Both the position numbers and the translations under genes were made by a program. Positions 9,171 through 19,060 of a stretch of DNA of 64,000 nt are shown here, piece by piece. This DNA comes from Aggregatilineales bacterium (GTDB lineage: Bacteria > Chloroflexota > Anaerolineae > Aggregatilineales > Phototrophicaceae), in NCBI GenBank assembly GCA_040219275.1, contig JAVJSU010000038.1:167962-231961 (forward strand). The letters run 5' to 3'. The number at the start of each line of letters is the position of its first letter. The first letter of the stretch is position 1. The notes under the pieces were generated by a model. It saw nothing but the letters and a program-made list of their open reading frames with translations. It was not told the DNA's origin and made no database searches.

Positions 9171-10135
9171 CGGGCGATCCGCTCCTGCATCGTGGCTGAA
9201 ATCAATTCGGCGGTGGATTGTGTGTTTCCGGTATGCGGAGTCGCGTAGGTCGTCACCCGCAGACGTTCCGCAACATCGTCATAGCCGAGCCGAGTCAGCA
9301 TCATCGCCACGCTGAGAATCGTCGCGCGTGGATCAGCAATACCCTGCCCGGCGATGTCCGGCGCACTGCCATGCACGGGTTCAAACACGGGTACGCCATC
9401 ACCCACATTCGCCGACGGTGCGATGCCCAAACCGCCCGTCATTCCGGCGGCGAGGTCGCTCAAAATGTCGCCGAATAAATTGGTCGTCACCAGCGTATCG
9501 AATTGCTCCGGTGCTTGTGCCATCCGCATCGCGCAGGCATCCACCAGCATTTCGTTGATGGTCAGGTCGGGATATTCGGCGACCACCTCAAACGCCACCG
9601 TGCGGAATAAGCCACAGGTTTCTTTAAGTACGTTCGCCTTATGCACAATCGTCAACTGTCGGCGCGGACGGGTCAGCGCCAGTTCACACGCCATCCGCAC
9701 AATGCGTTCCGAGCCGGTTCGCGTAATCACCCGCTCGGCAATGGCGGTGCGCCCGTCGTCTTCCACGCGCTCACGTTTGCTATACAAACCCTCGGTATTT
9801 TCGCGGATAATCAGCATATCCACATCAGCCTGCACCGCCGGACGCACATTGGCATACAAGCCAAAGTGACGGCGCAAACTCAAAATTGGGCTGGCATACC
9901 CCTCAACTTTGGTCATCGGCGATTGCGTCGCGCCAAACAGCACCGCGTCACTCGCCTCGCACAGGCGCAAGGTCTTGTCCGGCAAGGCATTTCCGATTTG
10001 CTCAAACGTGCCAAATCCAGCTTCCGCAGTTTGCAAAATCAATGGCAAGCCAAGCGATTCAAGCACCAGCCGCGCCGCCGGAATCACCTCCGCGCCGATG
10101 CCATCGCCATTAATCAACGTGATCGTGTGTGTCAT
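9167..10135 (-). CDS. Homoisocitrate dehydrogenase / 3-isopropylmalate dehydrogenase family (short, LeuB-like). In this cluster it is probably HICDH of the alpha-aminoadipate lysine pathway.
   Basis: N-terminal ITLINGDGIGAEV and the overall beta-decarboxylating dehydrogenase fold. The 322-aa length is like Thermus HICDH. It lies in an operon with HCS, HACN and lysWXYZJK. Confidence 0.75.
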   Translation of the reverse strand: MTHTITLINGDGIGAEVIPAARLVLESLGLPLILQTAEAGFGTFEQIGNALPDKTLRLCEASDAVLFGATQSPMTKVEGYASPILSLRRHFGLYANVRPAVQADVDMLIIRENTEGLYSKRERVEDDGRTAIAERVITRTGSERIVRMACELALTRPRRQLTIVHKANVLKETCGLFRTVAFEVVAEYPDLTINEMLVDACAMRMAQAPEQFDTLVTTNLFGDILSDLAAGMTGGLGIAPSANVGDGVPVFEPVHGSAPDIAGQGIADPRATILSVAMMLTRLGYDDVAERLRVTTYATPHTGNTQSTAELISATMQERIAR

Positions 10136-10275
10136 TAAGTAACCTTACCTTGATTGCTAGTCAGCAATTCAGCCAGTCAGTTTCTCAGAAAAAGCATTCA
10201 TTTTCACGTTACAACCGCTTTTTAGCTGAACTGCTGATGGCTGATACGCTAAAAAGGTCTTTTTTAGTGGAAAAA

Positions 10276-10345
10276 TTCTCACTACAGAAAATTTCTCTGC
10301 GTTTCTTCGCGTTCTCTGCGTCCCTGCGTTATGTTTTTATTTTTG
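10276..10345. repeat. Intact copy of the AT-rich dispersed intergenic repeat (aaatttctctgcgtttcttcgcgttctctgcgtccctgcgttatgtttttatt).
   Basis: Near-identical copies lie at 22915-22985 and, split by the IS, at 5961-5990 plus 7258-7280. Confidence 0.7.
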
Positions 10346-10350
10346 TTGAT

Positions 10351-10872
10351 TTACTTTTCCGTAACCCTACTTTCTGAAATTTGCTCACCAAAACGCGCCC
10401 GCAACATCGGCACCAATCCCCCCGCACGGATAATCGCCTGCACACTCTCCGACAGCGGCGGAATCGCAAACGTCCGTCCCACCGCACGAATCACGCCCGC
10501 GTCATGGTAAATCTCGATGCTGTCGCCCGTTTGAACGAGCGTATAGAGTTCCGGGCAGACGATGGGGTGAATGCCCTGATTGATGCAATTGCGAAAATAC
10601 AAGCCGTTAAAACTCGCCGTGATGATCGCCACCACGCCCTTATATTTGAGCGATGTGACGGCTTGCTCACGGCTACTGCCACAGCCCCAATTGCGCCCGC
10701 CGACGATCACATCGCCCGCCTGTGCCTCCTGCGCGAAACGGGGATCAAGGTCTTCCAGTGCCTTCGATGCGATTTCGTCGATTGTTTTCAGCGTGTAGGT
10801 ATATTTTCCGGGAAAAATCACATCGGTGTTGATGTGATCCCCATACACCCAGACGCGATGTTGTGTCGTCAT
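10351..10872 (-). CDS. Homoaconitase / 3-isopropylmalate dehydratase small subunit (LeuD-like).
   Basis: Aconitase swivel-domain motifs (GDHINTDVIFPGKY ... NWGCGSSREQA). The 173-aa length is like the Thermus HACN small subunit. Confidence 0.8.
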   Translation of the reverse strand: MTTQHRVWVYGDHINTDVIFPGKYTYTLKTIDEIASKALEDLDPRFAQEAQAGDVIVGGRNWGCGSSREQAVTSLKYKGVVAIITASFNGLYFRNCINQGIHPIVCPELYTLVQTGDSIEIYHDAGVIRAVGRTFAIPPLSESVQAIIRAGGLVPMLRARFGEQISESRVTEK

Positions 10873-10896
10873 GGTTGTTGATCTCCAAAATTATAT

Positions 10897-11011
10897 CCCC
10901 TCACCCCCTAAATCCCCCTCTCACACAAGGGCTAGAGGGGGACTTGAAATAGCAATCGCAAGCCACACAGTGAAGCTCCCTTTCTCCTCATTTTGGGAGA
11001 AAGGGCGGGGG
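10897..11011. repeat. Two adjacent GC-rich hairpin repeat units (cccctcaccccctaaatccccctctcacacaagggctagagggggactt and gctccctttctcctcattttgggagaaagggcgggggg).
   Basis: Same family as the copies at 16569-16668, 24857-24902, 26589-26634, 32800-32836 and 34277-34316 (CCCCTC...GAGGGGG stems). Confidence 0.6.
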
Positions 11012-11028
11012 GATAGAGGGCTATTCGT

Positions 11029-12288
11029 TTAATAATCCAAAAAGTCCGCCGGATCGCTGATTTCGCCCGTCAAGGCGCTGGCGGCGACCACATACGGATT
11101 GGCGAGATAGACAGGCGCTTCCGCCGTCCCCATGCGCCCGCGAAAGTTGCGATTCATCGTCGTGATGCTGGCTTCGTCTGGCGCGGGAACGCCCATATGA
11201 TTGCCCATGCACGGACCGCACCCCGGCGTGCCGATGGTCGCTCCGGCATCAACGAGCGTTTGCAACACACCCGTTCGCAGAGCCTGTTTGAGCACTTCCG
11301 CGCTGGCAGGGATGATGATAAAACGAATTTTCACCTGCTTGCCCTGCACCACCCGCGCCGCCATTTCCAGATCGCTATAGCGCCCGTTGGTGCACGTCCC
11401 CAAAAAGGCTTGCTGAACCGGCGTGCCGAGAATATCACCCAACAGGGCGACATTATCCGGCGAATGTGGTTGTGCGACGACAGGCTGTAGCGTGGTGCAA
11501 TCAATCGTCCAGTGGTCGCTATAGGTCGCGTCCGCATCGGGATAGATGGGCGTATAATCGCGTCTGCGATTCGCTTCCAGATAATCAAAAACCGCGTCAT
11601 CCGGTGGCAGATAGGCGTTCTGTGCGCCGAATTCCGCCATCATATTGGGGATCACGGCGCGTTCATCGAGCGATAAATAGCCGAATGTGTCACCCGTAAA
11701 TTCGAGTGAACGATATGCGCCACCTTCCGCGCCCCACTTGCCAATAATGTGCAGGGCGATGTCCTTCGCGGTAACTCCTGCGCGGGGCTGACCGTTAAGC
11801 GTGATCTGCACCGCTTCCGGCACACGCAACCACAGTTCGCCCGTCGCCCACAGTGCCGCCATTTCCGTCCGCCCCACGCCCATGCCAAACGCGCCCAGCC
11901 AGCCAAAATGCGTGGAATGGCTATCCGCGCCGAGCACCACATCACCCGGCAGGACAATCGCCTCTTCACTCAGCACTTGATGGCAAATCCCGCGCCCGAC
12001 CTCAAAGAAATGGGCGATGTTCTGCGCCTTCACCCATTTGCGAATCTCGGAGTGATTTTGTGCGTGGCGGGTGGTCGGGGCAGGCACAGCATGATCCAGC
12101 GTGATAGCGATTCGCTCCGGCGTGGCGATGCGTTCCGCGCCGATCTCGTCGAAAATCCGCATGATTCCGGCGGAATTGTCGTGGCTGAAAATCACATCAG
12201 GGCGCACGTCGAGCACATCTCCGGCTTTTGCAGAGTCTACGCCTGCCGCCCGCGCCAACACCTTCTCGGCGAAAGTTGCTCCCGTCAT
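11029..12288 (-). CDS. Homoaconitase / 3-isopropylmalate dehydratase large subunit (LeuC-like).
   Basis: Aconitase-family Fe-S ligand motifs ([15 protein letters not shown]) and a 419-aa length. The start overlaps the HCS stop by 4 bp. Confidence 0.85.
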   Translation of the reverse strand: MTGATFAEKVLARAAGVDSAKAGDVLDVRPDVIFSHDNSAGIMRIFDEIGAERIATPERIAITLDHAVPAPTTRHAQNHSEIRKWVKAQNIAHFFEVGRGICHQVLSEEAIVLPGDVVLGADSHSTHFGWLGAFGMGVGRTEMAALWATGELWLRVPEAVQITLNGQPRAGVTAKDIALHIIGKWGAEGGAYRSLEFTGDTFGYLSLDERAVIPNMMAEFGAQNAYLPPDDAVFDYLEANRRRDYTPIYPDADATYSDHWTIDCTTLQPVVAQPHSPDNVALLGDILGTPVQQAFLGTCTNGRYSDLEMAARVVQGKQVKIRFIIIPASAEVLKQALRTGVLQTLVDAGATIGTPGCGPCMGNHMGVPAPDEASITTMNRNFRGRMGTAEAPVYLANPYVVAASALTGEISDPADFLDY

Positions 12289-13424
12289 TGCGGTTCCCCG
12301 GCGGCGAGCAGAAGCGCGTCAATTTCACTCAAGCTAAAGGCGATGTCATCCGCTTGAGATTTGATCGTCTGGGTAATGTCGCGCAGAATATCATCGTCAA
12401 TCTGCAAACCGAGTGATTCCGCACGGCTACGCACGGTATTCCATCCGGTCAATTTATGCCCGATGGCGATCTCGCGATTCAAGCCGAAATCCGCCGGATC
12501 AAGCGCCTCATAGGTGCGTGGATCAGCGAGTACGGCTTTGGCGTGGATGCCCGCTTTGTGGATAAAGGCGCTACTGCCCGTGATGTAATTGTTAAACGGG
12601 ATGTCCAATTGACAATAATCGGCGATCATCCGGTCAATTTGTGGGAGCAAGCGCAGATCATATTTCGACACATAGTCGCGGTTCAGCGTGTATAAACGGG
12701 CGATCAACCCACCGAGCGGGGTGATTCCGTTGCGCTCACCGATGCCTAAAACGGTTGTGTCGATGTGGGTCGCTCCGGCTTCAAGCGCGGCGCAGGCATT
12801 GGCAATCGCACAGCCGCTATCGTTATGCCCATGAAATTCGATGTCGAGATGCGTCAGACGGGCGAGTGTCTCAACCAGTCGAAACACCTGATTCGGCGTG
12901 GCGATCCCCACCGTGTCCGCGATGCCGAGACGGTTGACGTAGCCCAAATCTGCGACGGCGAGATACACGCGCAACAAATCGCTTTCACGACTCCGAAAAC
13001 TGTCTTCTGTGCTAAAGCGCAAAATCACATCCGGCGCTTGCCCGCGAATGTACGCCATGACTTCGGCGGCGAGGTCAATAATCTGGCGGATATTTTTGCC
13101 GTGACTGTGTTGCATCAATTGGGGCGATGTGCCAATCACCACGTCAATCCCCTGCACGCCGGTATCAAGTGCTCGGCGGGCATCTTCCATATTGCAACGG
13201 ATATGCGTCAGGATGCGGGCGTTCAAATTTTCGGCGACCACCGCACGAATATCGTCTTCACTGCGCGGGGAGGCACACGGCGAGGTCATCTCGATCATCT
13301 CCACGCCAAACGCATCCAGTATGCCCGCGATTTCAATTTTCTGTGCAGTATCAAAGGTCGCGGTGCTAAATTGTTCGCCTTCGCGTAAGGTACTTTCGAT
13401 GATGCTAAAATGCTCAAATGACAT
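12285..13424 (-). CDS. Homocitrate synthase (short LeuA/NifV-like form lacking the C-terminal regulatory domain).
   Basis: DRE-TIM metallolyase motifs ([21 protein letters not shown]). The 379-aa length is like the Thermus HCS. It is the first enzyme in the cluster order. Confidence 0.75.
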   Translation of the reverse strand: MSFEHFSIIESTLREGEQFSTATFDTAQKIEIAGILDAFGVEMIEMTSPCASPRSEDDIRAVVAENLNARILTHIRCNMEDARRALDTGVQGIDVVIGTSPQLMQHSHGKNIRQIIDLAAEVMAYIRGQAPDVILRFSTEDSFRSRESDLLRVYLAVADLGYVNRLGIADTVGIATPNQVFRLVETLARLTHLDIEFHGHNDSGCAIANACAALEAGATHIDTTVLGIGERNGITPLGGLIARLYTLNRDYVSKYDLRLLPQIDRMIADYCQLDIPFNNYITGSSAFIHKAGIHAKAVLADPRTYEALDPADFGLNREIAIGHKLTGWNTVRSRAESLGLQIDDDILRDITQTIKSQADDIAFSLSEIDALLLAAGEPQ

Positions 13425-13447
13425 TGGGTTTTAAACCTCTCTTACAA

Positions 13448-14503
13448 CTATAACCGTGAAAGCGCATCCGTCAGTACGGCAATTGCGCGCAAATATTCGT
13501 CCAGATCAAGATGTTCGTTCGGCGTATGATCCAGCGCGGAATCTCCCGGACCGTAAGCCAATATCGGGCAATTCCACACCGGCGCAACGATGTTCATATC
13601 CGATGTGCCAGTTTTATGCACGAAGCGCGGCGTGCCGTCATTCGCACGGATCGCCCCACGAAACGCCCGACTGAGCACCGTGTCTTTTTCCGCCAGAATC
13701 GTTGTTTCATGCCCATACGCTGTGACAGTTGCATCGTCTTCAGGCAAAAGTGAGTCCGCCAATGCGTGCGGGTCAACATCCGGCGGCAGACGAAACCCGA
13801 TGACCGCTTCCGCCCAGCCAAACGCGCCATCCTGCCCGCTATTGATGCTCTGTAAGGTCGCGTCCAACCGCCCGAAAATGCTCGTGCGCTCGCCGTTGAA
13901 ATCATCCACATACGCACGGACACGCGCCCAATAGGCGACGGCATGTTCCGGCGGGCTGGTGACTTCGCTCGCACTATGAGCCAGCGCACCTTCCCAGCGC
14001 CAACGGAGCAATAACCGCCCTTTATAGCCAAGCGTCATGCGATCCCAGCCCGAAGGCTCACCGATGATGCATAGTTCCGGCTGATATTGCGTCACGGCAA
14101 AACGCGCCCCTTTGCTGGTGCTGGCTTCTTCTTCCACCGCGCCGACCACAACCACGCGCACATCATCCGGCAAATTTGCCCGCGCCGCCGCCACCGCAAA
14201 CGTACACAGCGACCCTTTCGCATCCACACTGCCCCGTCCGTAAAGTGTCCGCCCGTCGATACGAACCGGCACCACCCCGCCAAACGTATCAATATGACCG
14301 AGCAGGACAATCTCGCGTGATCCAGTGCCGATGATGCCAACCGCATTGCCCGCCTCATCAACGAATGATTCGTCGTAGCCGTTTTCGCCCATCCAATCGA
14401 CCAATACCCGTACCGCACCCGCTTCTTGATGCGATTCGCTTTGCGTAGCGACCAGATCGTGAATCAGGGCTTCGGCGATGGTGTCGGTCACGGTTGCAAT
14501 CAC
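13448..14503 (-). CDS. lysK: [LysW]-lysine hydrolase LysK (M20 peptidase, ArgE-like).
   Basis: M20 metal-binding motifs (LLGHIDTF, DAKG). It sits last in the lysWXYZJK order. Confidence 0.7.
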   Translation of the reverse strand: MIATVTDTIAEALIHDLVATQSESHQEAGAVRVLVDWMGENGYDESFVDEAGNAVGIIGTGSREIVLLGHIDTFGGVVPVRIDGRTLYGRGSVDAKGSLCTFAVAAARANLPDDVRVVVVGAVEEEASTSKGARFAVTQYQPELCIIGEPSGWDRMTLGYKGRLLLRWRWEGALAHSASEVTSPPEHAVAYWARVRAYVDDFNGERTSIFGRLDATLQSINSGQDGAFGWAEAVIGFRLPPDVDPHALADSLLPEDDATVTAYGHETTILAEKDTVLSRAFRGAIRANDGTPRFVHKTGTSDMNIVAPVWNCPILAYGPGDSALDHTPNEHLDLDEYLRAIAVLTDALSRL

Positions 14504-15675
14504 GCCAGCACCTCCGCCAGTGTATCGAGGATGGTCTGCAATTCTTCTCGCGTAATAATCAGTGGCGGGAGCAAGCGCAATACATTGAGTCCGGCAGGCA
14601 ACGCCAGAATCCCGCGTTCCTGTAACTCTTTGAGCGCAGGGGTGACCCGTCCACGCAATTCAATGCCGATCATCAAGCCCTGCCCGCGAATCTCACGGAC
14701 TTGCGCCAGATCAAGCTGTGCGAGTTCCTGCACAAACCACGCGCCCAACTCCGCGGAACGGGCTGGCAAATCCTCATCACGCAGAGTCGTAATCGCCGCA
14801 ATCGCCGCCGCGCACGCCAGCGGATTACCGCCAAAGGTACTACCATGACTGCCACCGGGCATCGTCCCCAACGATCCGCGCCAAGCCACCGCGCCCATCG
14901 GCACACCGCCCGCGATTCCTTTGCCAAGCGTGACCACATCCGGCACTATTCCGGCGTGTTCAAAGGCGAACCAACGCCCCGTGCGTCCAAATCCGGTCTG
15001 GATTTCATCGACGATCAGCAACGCGCCCGTGTCATCACAAATTTGACGCAACTCACGCAAATACTCAATCGTCGCCGGATACACGCCACCTTCACCCTGC
15101 ACCGCCTCCACCATCACCGCCGCTGTATTCGACGTAATCGCTTCCCGCGCCCCGTCAATATCATCAAAGGTGATGTGGTTGACTTCCGGTTGCCATGCAG
15201 AAAACGCGGAACGATATTTCGGATTCCATGTGAGCGACAACGCACCGAGCGTCCGCCCATGAAAGCCGCGTTTGACCGCCACAATGCCGTCACGTTCGGT
15301 CAGCAAACGGGCGAGTTTGAGCGCGCCTTCTACCGCTTCCGTGCCACTGTTGCATAAGAAGAAGCGGTTGATTTCTTCCGGCAACACACTATTCAGCACA
15401 TCATATAAATGTGCACGTTGATCGTTATAAAATATTTCCGGGCAGGTGATGAGCGTCGCCGCCTGCTCAGTAATCGCGCTCACAACGGCGGGATGGCTAT
15501 GCCCTAGAAGCGCCACACCCTGTCCGCTGGTCGCATCCAGATACGAATTTCCAGCATCATCCCACACGGTGCATCCTTGCCCGCGCACGACGGTTAAGGG
15601 GCGTTTGGGATATGCGCCGGAGGTATGTGCATCTTCAATATCAGTGTATGTCTGGATCATGTCTGCGTCTCTCAT
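14500..15675 (-). CDS. lysJ: [LysW]-aminoadipate semialdehyde aminotransferase LysJ (class-III PLP aminotransferase, ArgD-like).
   Basis: Class-III aminotransferase motifs ([30 protein letters not shown]). Confidence 0.8.
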   Translation of the reverse strand: MRDADMIQTYTDIEDAHTSGAYPKRPLTVVRGQGCTVWDDAGNSYLDATSGQGVALLGHSHPAVVSAITEQAATLITCPEIFYNDQRAHLYDVLNSVLPEEINRFFLCNSGTEAVEGALKLARLLTERDGIVAVKRGFHGRTLGALSLTWNPKYRSAFSAWQPEVNHITFDDIDGAREAITSNTAAVMVEAVQGEGGVYPATIEYLRELRQICDDTGALLIVDEIQTGFGRTGRWFAFEHAGIVPDVVTLGKGIAGGVPMGAVAWRGSLGTMPGGSHGSTFGGNPLACAAAIAAITTLRDEDLPARSAELGAWFVQELAQLDLAQVREIRGQGLMIGIELRGRVTPALKELQERGILALPAGLNVLRLLPPLIITREELQTILDTLAEVLA

Positions 15676-16478
15676 GCGCTAAATACCGTCCCTTCACCAT
15701 TTAATGCCAGCGATACCGGCGTTGCGACTCTGCCATCGCCGATGACCACCCGCGATAATCCATTGTTTAAGGCTTCCTGTGCGCTCAGGATTTTGCGTTT
15801 CATCCGTCCCTGCGCCCAGCCCATCGCCTGTTCGAGTTGTGATCCGCTCACGCCGCGCACGAAGCTGTTTTCGTCGCCAAAATTGCGATACAACCCGCGC
15901 ACATTGCTCAGGATGACCAGTTCCGCCGCGCTGACTGCTCCGGCAACTGCCGCCGCCGCCCGATCTCCGTCGATATTCAGCAAGCCATCATCGCTCCATG
16001 CCAGTGGCGGAATCACCGCGACTTCGGCCTGCGCCAGCACATCCAGAATCGGCTGATTGCTCACCGTCGTAATGCTACCCGTGTAATCATCACGCACCAC
16101 GCGCATCCGCCCATGCACCACAGAGCGGATCGCGTCTTTGCGCTCACCGTGAATCACGGGGACATCCGTCAAGCCTGTTGCGCTGATTCCCTGTTCGCGT
16201 AGACCGTCCACAATCTCTGTGTTGATCTGCCCCGCCGCTTCCACGAACACATCGCGCACAGCGGGCGGGGTGTAGCGTGAACTGTGTCCGGTGGGCGAGG
16301 TCAACATTTCCACCGGAATCCCGCGTTCGTCACACAATTGCGCCATGCGTTCGCTCACGCCATGCACGATAATCAACGGACGTTCGCGGGCAATCGTCGC
16401 CAGATCGTTCACTGCGGCGGACAAATCCAACCCCGCGCCACCGCCTAATTTCACTACTAATGTATTTTGTACTTCCAT
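15672..16478 (-). CDS. lysZ: [LysW]-aminoadipate kinase LysZ (amino-acid kinase family, ArgB-like). The start is chosen at MEVQNT.
   Basis: Amino-acid kinase N-terminal VVKLGGG. The ORF-track N-terminal extension (MRSGGRFRGGI...) lies inside a GC-rich repeat and is probably not translated. Confidence 0.75.
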   Translation of the reverse strand: MEVQNTLVVKLGGGAGLDLSAAVNDLATIARERPLIIVHGVSERMAQLCDERGIPVEMLTSPTGHSSRYTPPAVRDVFVEAAGQINTEIVDGLREQGISATGLTDVPVIHGERKDAIRSVVHGRMRVVRDDYTGSITTVSNQPILDVLAQAEVAVIPPLAWSDDGLLNIDGDRAAAAVAGAVSAAELVILSNVRGLYRNFGDENSFVRGVSGSQLEQAMGWAQGRMKRKILSAQEALNNGLSRVVIGDGRVATPVSLALNGEGTVFSA

Positions 16479-16568
16479 TTTTGTTTTGACCCTTAGTTCC
16501 ATATCGCCCGTTGGCTCATTAGAGCAGATGGGATAATGCCGTTTACCAATTTCATGGAGTGTTTCAAT

Positions 16569-16668
16569 CCCCCCTCTAAATCTCCCCCCGCTTCGCAAGG
16601 GGAGACTTACAAGCCGAACGGCTCCTCCCCCTCTTTGCGAAGCGGGGAGGGGGCTGGGGGGAGGGGAT
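16569..16668. repeat. Two GC-rich hairpin repeat units in the lysY-lysZ intergenic gap (cccccctctaaatctccccccgcttcgcaaggggagactt and ctcctccccctctttgcgaagcggggagggggctggggggagggga).
   Basis: The first unit is the exact reverse complement of the copy at 34277-34316. The second is about 80% identical to the 45-bp units inside the YfhO-flippase ORF. Confidence 0.7.
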
Positions 16669-16842
16669 TTCCCACTGTCATATTTAATTAAGGAGCATAC
16701 ATGCTGTCCGTTATCGTCCGCGTAATTCGAGTAATTTCGGTTTCAGTGGTCAGTGCGCAATTCTACGCTAACCCATCCCTCAAAACCTATCGCCTATCGT
16801 CGAATCTCTTCCAACTTCTATCTTCTTACCTCAAACTTCCCG

Positions 16843-17880
16843 CTACGGATATATCCCCGGAAATTGCAATCCGGCGCATTCGTCGAAACCGTGCATCAAG
16901 TTCAAACATTGCACTGCGCTCCCTGCCGCGCCTTTGCCCAGATTATCCAGCGCGGCGACCAGTACCAGATGTTGCCCGTCGTCGTCCATTTCAAAGCCGA
17001 TATCGCAATAATTCGTTCCGGCGACAATGCGCGGTTCCGGCAGACGGTGTAAGCCCGTGCGCCCGCTGACGAGACGAATAAACGGCTCGTCACGATACGC
17101 GCCACGATACAATTTCCAGATGTCTTTTTCCGTTTGGGAGGTGTTCAAATCAAGATGCGCCAGCAGATGAACTCCACGTATCATTTCAATGGCGGTCACG
17201 CTGAAGCGCACAGGCACATCAAGGTTAAGGATCATCTCAATTTCGGCTGAGTGCCGATGATTGGTGGCACTGTACGTCCGCACCGCGCCACTCCGCACAG
17301 GATGATGCGAACCCGCGTTGGCGCTGTTGCCACCTTCCGACGACCCGACTTTGATCTCCGCGCTGACCCGTTCGATCAAACCAGCGTCCGCGAGGGGCGC
17401 AAGGGCGAGGTTCATCACCGTCGCATTACACCCGACTCCGCTGGCATAATTCGCACCACGTAATGCCTCACGGTTGCGTTCCGGCAAGCCATAGACGAAG
17501 CGATCCAACCACTCCGGCGCTGGATGTGCTTCACCGTACCAGCGTTCATAGGCGCTCAGGTCATTCAGCCGGAAATCAGCCGAAAGATCAATGATGCGCG
17601 GGGCAAGCGCGGCGTAGTGCTCGATGTTGCGGGCGGTTGTGCCATGTGGCAATGCCAGAAACAACACATCACAGGCTTCCAGCGCATCAGGATGCACGAA
17701 TTGCAAACGGGAGACATCGCGCATGTTCGGATGCACGGTATGCACATAGCGTCCGGCATGTTCGCGGCTGGTGATTTGAGTCACTTCCACGTTCGGATGA
17801 AAATGTAACAGGCGCAGGAGTTCCCCGCCTGTATAACCGCTCCCGCCGACGATACCTGCCCGGATATCCGACCGGATCAC
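16843..17880 (-). CDS. lysY: [LysW]-aminoadipate phosphate reductase LysY (ArgC-like semialdehyde dehydrogenase).
   Basis: N-terminal NAD(P)-binding GIVGGSGYTGGELLRLL and an active-site Cys region. It overlaps the lysX stop by 4 bp. Confidence 0.8.
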   Translation of the reverse strand: MIRSDIRAGIVGGSGYTGGELLRLLHFHPNVEVTQITSREHAGRYVHTVHPNMRDVSRLQFVHPDALEACDVLFLALPHGTTARNIEHYAALAPRIIDLSADFRLNDLSAYERWYGEAHPAPEWLDRFVYGLPERNREALRGANYASGVGCNATVMNLALAPLADAGLIERVSAEIKVGSSEGGNSANAGSHHPVRSGAVRTYSATNHRHSAEIEMILNLDVPVRFSVTAIEMIRGVHLLAHLDLNTSQTEKDIWKLYRGAYRDEPFIRLVSGRTGLHRLPEPRIVAGTNYCDIGFEMDDDGQHLVLVAALDNLGKGAAGSAVQCLNLMHGFDECAGLQFPGIYP

Positions 17881-18755
17881 GCTTGCACCTCCACCTGACT
17901 CATCGCATACCGCACGACTTCGGCGGCAATGTCTACGCCTGTCGGGGTGCTACTGTTGCGGAATTCCATCGTATGATTGATCTCGTTAACCACCAACCGT
18001 CCGTCCGGCGCTTCCAGCAGATCAATGGCGAGAATACCGCCACCGACTGCATTTGCTGATGCCGTGCAGATCGCTTCAAGTTCCGGTGTGACAGGGCAAT
18101 TGGTCGCTTCGCCGCCGCGGGCTGTATTCGTCACCCAATGGGCAGACGAGCGGTAAATCGCGCAGATGGTACGATCACCGATCACGAATGCGCGGATGTC
18201 ACGCCCCGGTTTTTCGATATATTCCTGTACATAATAGGTGTGGTGGGTATACCCGCCGAGTGTTTGGCGGTGTTCGAGGATGGCTTCTGCGCTGTCACGG
18301 TCATTCACCCGTGCCAGCAAACGTCCCCATGAGCCAGTGACTGGTTTGAGCACAGCCGGATATTGCACATCGGCAATCGCGTCCATCGCGCTATCAGTAT
18401 CGAAGGCAACCCGCGTTTCCGGCTGATCGACACCCGCCGTCGCCAGCATCAAGCTCGTCTGGAGTTTGTCGGAACAAATCGCCGCCGTCTGATAACTATT
18501 GATCGTCGGGATGCCCCAGCCGTTCAAAATCATCAGCATATACAACCCGCGTGAGGTGCTCACACAGCGTTCCATCACCAGATCATAGGCGCTCCATGCC
18601 ACACCGTTGGGCGCAAGCTGATCCGCGCCTGCCGTCAGGCTGATATTTAGTTCACGGTCAAGGATGATGTCCGGTGTCACACCCGCCTCTTGAAAGGCAC
18701 TGATGAGCAATTTTTCTTCGGCACGAATATGGGTAACGAGAATGGCAATCCGCAT
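17877..18755 (-). CDS. lysX: Alpha-aminoadipate--LysW ligase LysX (RimK-type ATP-grasp). The start is chosen at MRIAIL.
   Basis: A RimK/LysX ATP-grasp fold, about 290 aa. It lies 3 bp downstream of the lysW stop. Confidence 0.8.
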   Translation of the reverse strand: MRIAILVTHIRAEEKLLISAFQEAGVTPDIILDRELNISLTAGADQLAPNGVAWSAYDLVMERCVSTSRGLYMLMILNGWGIPTINSYQTAAICSDKLQTSLMLATAGVDQPETRVAFDTDSAMDAIADVQYPAVLKPVTGSWGRLLARVNDRDSAEAILEHRQTLGGYTHHTYYVQEYIEKPGRDIRAFVIGDRTICAIYRSSAHWVTNTARGGEATNCPVTPELEAICTASANAVGGGILAIDLLEAPDGRLVVNEINHTMEFRNSSTPTGVDIAAEVVRYAMSQVEVQA

Positions 18756-18757
18756 GA

Positions 18758-18934
18758 TTATTCGCCCCAATCTTCTTCTACTTCCGGCGCAAGTTCAACT
18801 TGCAACGGGTTCAGGCTAATGATTTCCAGTTCCGTGCCACAATCCGGGCAGGAGATAATTTCGTTTTGCATCGCGTCCGCCGGAATATTTACGTCGGCGG
18901 CACATTCAGGACATTCAACAGTCGGGTTACTCAT
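18758..18934 (-). CDS. lysW: Amino-group carrier protein LysW, 58 aa. It is absent from the ORF track because it is shorter than 60 aa.
   Basis: Hand translation of the minus strand gives MSNPTVECPECAADVNIPADAMQNEIISCPDCGTELEIISLNPLQVELAPEVEEDWGE. It has a zinc ribbon (CPEC...CPDC), the diagnostic C-terminal EDWGE, and a Shine-Dalgarno aggaaag 7 nt upstream. Confidence 0.85.
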   Translation of the reverse strand: MSNPTVECPECAADVNIPADAMQNEIISCPDCGTELEIISLNPLQVELAPEVEEDWGE

Positions 18935-18993
18935 GTGTTACTTTCCTCGTTCGTCAGATTAAATTGATAAATTTCTTGTTCATCGAATCGGCA

Positions 18994-19027
18994 CAAAAAA
19001 ACCGCCATCCGATTTCCAGATGGCGGC
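18994..19027 (-). terminator. Intrinsic terminator / attenuator hairpin (ccgccatc-N9-gatggcgg + T7) about 70 nt upstream of the lysW start on the minus strand.
   Basis: Minus-strand RNA cctgccgccatctggaaatcggatggcggttttttt, located 34 nt after the stop of the Lys-rich leader ORF. Confidence 0.7.
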
Positions 19028-19060
19028 AGGTGTTTCGACTTGGTGTACAAGCAAACGCCA

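Noticed and set aside
16479-16598. N-terminal extension MRSGGRFRGGIETLHEIG... of the lysZ ORF. The same MRSGGRFRGGI peptide also begins ORF 34287-34478.
   Set aside because: Both arise from translating copies of the GC-rich hairpin repeat. The conserved amino-acid kinase domain begins at MEVQNT (16478), so the extension is treated as a repeat-derived artefact.
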